DNA of 11,350 nucleotides, taken from the NCBI GenBank assembly GCA_034408725.1, contig JAWXCN010000150.1, positions 1 to 11,350 of the forward strand, in the 5' to 3' direction. Numbering within the stretch: position 1 is the stretch's first letter; every line of letters begins with the position of its first letter. The translations under genes and the position numbers were made by a program. The notes beneath the pieces are model-generated. The model searched no databases. It worked only from the letters and a program-made list of their open reading frames with translations, and had not been told where the DNA came from. This stretch comes from Candidatus Hydrogenedentota bacterium. GTDB taxonomy: Bacteria > Hydrogenedentota > Hydrogenedentia > Hydrogenedentales > SLHB01. Shown here one piece after another: positions 8,322 through 11,350 of this stretch.

Positions 8322-8336
8322 TGCCCGGTCCGGGCA
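8322..8336. repeat. Perfect 7-1-7 palindrome downstream of the phosphatase-cytochrome gene (possible weak terminator or operator)
   Basis: tgcccgg-t-ccgggca, followed by gccttt. Confidence 0.35.
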
Positions 8337-8575
8337 GCCTTTCCCCCAGGGGCATGATTGGGGTAGCCGGAAAACACAAGATATTGTATTGAGTTTTCAG
8401 GATGGTTGGTGTATACTCCGTGCGACGCCCAAAGTGTGGGTGCGTCAAGCGGATGAGGAGAAAGGCCAACTCAACCTGTTTTTATCTTGAGACCGGCCGT
8501 ACTTTTACCATTGTAGGAGGCGGTTGCGTCGGCAAGTAGCACGAACAAGTTGCCGCAATGGCCCTATCGAAAACC

Positions 8576-8585
8576 AAGGAGGTGA
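8576..8585 (+). promoter_or_regulatory. Very strong Shine-Dalgarno sequence
   Basis: AAGGAGGTGA, 7 nt before ATG 8593. Confidence 0.85.
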
Positions 8586-8592
8586 ACGCGAC

Positions 8593-8733
8593 ATGAAGCA
8601 CATCAAGGCCCTGAGCAAAATGGATCCGAAGGCTGCCTTCAGCTTACCGTCGAAGCCGGTGAAGACCGCATGCGACACGTTTCTGAAGACGCCGGAAGAG
8701 AAAGACGAGAAGAAGGGCAGCGAAGAGAGCTAG
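8593..8733 (+). CDS. Small 46-aa peptide MKHIKALSKMDPKAAFSLPSKPVKTACDTFLKTPEEKDEKKGSEES, candidate RiPP-like precursor
   Basis: Full-length SD, GC3-rich codons (aag cac atc aag gcc ctg), TAG stop, and a strong hairpin just downstream. Confidence 0.8.
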   Translation: MKHIKALSKMDPKAAFSLPSKPVKTACDTFLKTPEEKDEKKGSEES

Positions 8734-8764
8734 ACCGTCTCTTCGATTTCGTTGCGAAGTTTTT

Positions 8765-8797
8765 CGAGCGCCCTCGGCGAAAGCCAGAGGGCGCTTG
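8765..8797 (+). terminator. GC-rich stem-loop after the peptide gene (leaky intrinsic terminator or mRNA-stabilising hairpin)
   Basis: agcgccctc-ggc-GAAA-gcc-a-gagggcgct: a 12-bp stem with one bulge and a GNRA loop. The downstream U-tract is weak (gtctttat). Confidence 0.7.
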
Positions 8798-8819
8798 GTC
8801 TTTATGCGGGGCGATTTCC

Positions 8820-10292
8820 ATGAATATCTGCATAGCCGGGCAAGCCGCGCCCGTCGCATGGATGCCGCATCTTGTGTCCGCGTTTCAAAAGCGCGGCAAC
8901 GTGATCACCATCGGCCCAGTCCCCTCGATTGTTCCGATAGGAAGCATGCCGGAATCCTGGCCCGCGCCGGGACACATTGATTGTCCGCTGGATCAAATTC
9001 GCAGCCTTCTCGATGTGCTTCCGCCCGGATGGGTACCCGATATTCTGGTAACTGTTTCCGGCGGTGGCGTCCCGTTACTCACTTGCACGCACGATCTCTC
9101 CTGCCCCACCGTTTTTTACAGCGTCGATACGTGGCAGTGCTACATGGATTACCGGGAGGCGCTGCACTACGACATCGTGTTCGCGGGCCAGCGCGCTTTT
9201 GTTCCGCTGCTTCGCGCCGCGGGTTGCCAGCACGTCAGTTGGCTGCCGCTGGCGTGCGAACCGGCAGTCCACAACCCTTTGCGGATGGTGAAAACCAGTG
9301 ACATTGGCTTCGTTGGCGGGACCCGGGAGCCAGTCCACTGGCGGCGCCGCGCTTTACTTGATGCGCTGCGCGCGCGGCATTCCGTGATCGTACATGACGG
9401 ACTTTATGGAGACTCAATGCGGCGCGCGCTCGCCGAATGCAAACTCGTGTTCAACCATTCGGCGGTCGATGACGTAAACATGCGGATTTTTGAAGTGCTC
9501 GCGATGGGCGGTGCGCTGCTCACGAACCGTACCTCGCAAACAAGTGGATTATTCGACCTTTTCACAGAAGGCGAGCACTTGATCGTGTACGACGATGAAA
9601 AGGATTTGCTGGCCAAGGCCTCCCACTTTGTAACGCAAGATGCGGAATGCATGCGCATTGCAATGGCGGGAAAGTCGCTGGTTCATCGCGAGCACACCTA
9701 TGATCACCGGGTGGACACGATATTGAATACGGTTGCGGGACTGTTTCCAGGTTTTCCCGCCGCTGGCGCCCGCGAATCGGACCGTTTTGACTTTCTGCCA
9801 AAGGTACCTGGAAGGTTATTGGATATCGGGATGGCGGTTCCTGCATCGAAACATGGGTTGCTGCGCCGGGGGGTGCGTACGTTTTCCGGATACGCGCGGA
9901 ACGAAGAAGTGCTCACGAAACGCCGTGGCTCGTATCACGACGCCGGAACCGAAATGACGGACAGGTGGCGCGAATCTTTCGATACCGCGGTCATCGGCAT
10001 GCCGCCGTTCGACGGCGAGTTTGACCTCGCATATGGCTGCCTCGCGCCGGGGGGCGCGCTTGTCGCCCGGTATCCGAAGTCGCCAGAGATCGACTCCGAA
10101 CATTCCGAAGAATTCATACAACATGGTTTTCATGTCGTGCGCCGATTTGTTGATTCGGAGCACCGGCGCGTCATTTGGGCGCGGAAACGTACACGGCACC
10201 TGCGCGACATCGCGCGCGAGGTATGTCAAACACTTTGGGTTCCGGGAGTGGATGGCGAACATGTCGCCTCGTTGCTCGATCCGGAATGGTAG
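8820..10292 (+). CDS. GT-B glycosyltransferase (CgeB/DUF3880/Glyco_trans_1_2-like) with a C-terminal degenerate class I SAM-methyltransferase-like domain, 490 aa
   Basis: PTVFYSVDT, YDIVF, WLPLACEPAVH, DIGFVG, KLVFNHS..DDVNMRIFEVLAMGGALLT, LFTEGEHLIVY and EHTYDHRV are hallmark CgeB-family motifs. The C-terminus has RLLDIG, SFDTAVI and LAPGGALV. The start is placed at ATG 8820, after the hairpin. Confidence 0.85.
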   Translation: MNICIAGQAAPVAWMPHLVSAFQKRGNVITIGPVPSIVPIGSMPESWPAPGHIDCPLDQIRSLLDVLPPGWVPDILVTVSGGGVPLLTCTHDLSCPTVFYSVDTWQCYMDYREALHYDIVFAGQRAFVPLLRAAGCQHVSWLPLACEPAVHNPLRMVKTSDIGFVGGTREPVHWRRRALLDALRARHSVIVHDGLYGDSMRRALAECKLVFNHSAVDDVNMRIFEVLAMGGALLTNRTSQTSGLFDLFTEGEHLIVYDDEKDLLAKASHFVTQDAECMRIAMAGKSLVHREHTYDHRVDTILNTVAGLFPGFPAAGARESDRFDFLPKVPGRLLDIGMAVPASKHGLLRRGVRTFSGYARNEEVLTKRRGSYHDAGTEMTDRWRESFDTAVIGMPPFDGEFDLAYGCLAPGGALVARYPKSPEIDSEHSEEFIQHGFHVVRRFVDSEHRRVIWARKRTRHLRDIAREVCQTLWVPGVDGEHVASLLDPEW

Positions 10293-10347
10293 TCCCTGGT
10301 GTAGGTGTCCGGACCAGACTACAATAGTGCCAATAGAGGCGTGATGC

Positions 10348-11076
10348 ATGATCAAAACTATCGGACTTTCCAAGCGTTTCGGTGGAAAACTCGCCGTAAA
10401 CGCACTCGACCTGTCAATTGACCAAGGCGAATTCTTTTGTTTTCTCGGTCCGAATGGGGCTGGCAAAACTACAACCATTAAGATGTTGACGGGGCTGCTG
10501 AAACCCAGCGGTGGACGCGCCGAGCTCGGCGGGATAGACATTCAGAAACATCCTGTGGCCACCAAATCCATCCTCGGATACATACCCGATACGCCCTTCT
10601 TGTACGACAAGTTAACGGGGCGGGAATTCATGCGGTTTGTCGCGGGACTCTACCAATTGCCCAAGGAAGTCTTGAACGGAAAAAGCGAAGAGTTGCTGGA
10701 ATTGTTTGAAGTGCGTCACGTCGGCGATCAACTGATCGAGAATTATAGCCACGGCATGCGCCAGAAGCTGTCTTTCGCCGCCTGCTTCCTGCACGACCCC
10801 AAGATCGTGATCGTTGATGAACCCTGGGTTGGGTTGGACCCGAAGAACATTCGTTTCGTGAAAGAGTACTTGAAGCAGAAGACTCGCGAAGGCCTGACCG
10901 TCTTCATGTCCACGCACACACTGAGCCTGATCGAGGACGTCGCCGATCGTATCGGCATTATTCATCAAGGCGTGTTGCTGCACACTGGCTCGATCAAGGA
11001 CATTCTCACGCTCGCAAGAACGCCGGGCTCCCTCGAAGACGTGTTTCTCGAACTGACGCGGGGCGAGAACGAATGA
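10348..11076 (+). CDS. ABC transporter ATP-binding protein (ABC-2/DrrA-like exporter), 242 aa
   Basis: Walker A GPNGAGKTT, signature YSHGMRQK, Walker B IVIVDEP, H-loop STH. Confidence 0.95.
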   Translation: MIKTIGLSKRFGGKLAVNALDLSIDQGEFFCFLGPNGAGKTTTIKMLTGLLKPSGGRAELGGIDIQKHPVATKSILGYIPDTPFLYDKLTGREFMRFVAGLYQLPKEVLNGKSEELLELFEVRHVGDQLIENYSHGMRQKLSFAACFLHDPKIVIVDEPWVGLDPKNIRFVKEYLKQKTREGLTVFMSTHTLSLIEDVADRIGIIHQGVLLHTGSIKDILTLARTPGSLEDVFLELTRGENE

Positions 11077-11350
11077 CGCGTGCGAAGGCGATCCTCTGGG
11101 CGAAAATACGCATCGGGCGCAACCAGGTCGCGTCGGTCCGGCACGAGTCCAAGCTCAAGGTCGCCGTCGTTTCGGTGTCGGCGGTGCTGTTGTGGATAGC
11201 GGCGTTCGCCGCGTTCTATGGGGCGTTCCAGTGGTTGAAGCAATTTGGCGCGGACAACTCCGATACGACGATGGGTCTCGGTGAAATCATCATGTCGCGC
11301 ATGCTGTCCGTATTTGCGCTCGCGTTATTTTTCATGCTGCTGTTCTCGAA
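11073..11350 (+). CDS. ABC transporter permease subunit, 3'-truncated
   Basis: ATGA overlap with the ATPase stop. Translates MTRAKAILWAKIRIGRNQVASVRHESKLKVAVVSVSAVLLWIAAFAAFYGAFQWLKQF...RMLSVFALALFFMLLFS with two hydrophobic segments, and is open to the window end. It is absent from the ORF track because it has no stop. Confidence 0.85.
   Translation, partial: MTRAKAILWAKIRIGRNQVASVRHESKLKVAVVSVSAVLLWIAAFAAFYGAFQWLKQFGADNSDTTMGLGEIIMSRMLSVFALALFFMLLFS

Noticed and set aside
8524-8592. 69-aa version of the small peptide from TTG 8524
   Set aside because: The perfect SD directly precedes ATG 8593, so the extension is more likely 5' UTR.
8593-8733. Assignment of the peptide as SCIFF/ranthipeptide, microviridin-type graspetide or type IV prepilin
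   Set aside because: It has one Cys and no radical SAM gene nearby. TFLKTPEE only loosely resembles TxKYPSD and no ATP-grasp ligase is present. KAA|FSL mimics a prepilin cleavage site but lacks Glu+5 and the hydrophobic helix.
8670-8819. ORF-track 540-aa version of the glycosyltransferase starting at 8670
   Set aside because: It overlaps the peptide gene and runs through the stem-loop. The protein-like sequence begins at MNICIAG (8820).
2833-10983. Antisense and alternate-frame ORFs such as 2833-3234, 6638-7240, 9816-10541 and 10612-10983
   Set aside because: They are shadow ORFs of well-supported genes, expected in GC-rich DNA.
1-11350. CRISPR array, tRNA/rRNA, transposase, integrase or phage-defence genes
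   Set aside because: No regularly spaced direct repeats, cloverleaf or rRNA signatures, or relevant protein motifs were seen.

Overview
A gene-dense bacterial window with about 12 CDSs. The gene families and the small-peptide style suggest Candidatus Hydrogenedentota or a PVC-like lineage, but this is inference only. In order: the 3' part of a GH42-trimerisation/GHL6-type glycoside hydrolase-like gene (+); a REP/REPIN-like inverted-repeat element; a DUF6786-like protein (-); mscL (-); glutamate dehydrogenase (-); a secreted hypothetical protein (-); a divergent stand-alone receiver protein lacking the phospho-Asp (+); a Gfo/Idh/MocA oxidoreductase (-); an exported CX5R phosphatase-fold/cytochrome c' fusion (+). 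A co-directional cluster follows: a 46-aa peptide gene with a perfect SD, stem-loops, a CgeB-like glycosyltransferase fused to a degenerate methyltransferase-like domain, an ABC ATPase and a truncated permease. This cluster (8593 to the end) is the best candidate for an undescribed system, possibly a glycosylated RiPP locus, though the link between peptide and enzymes is unproven. No rRNA, tRNA, CRISPR array or transposase was seen.
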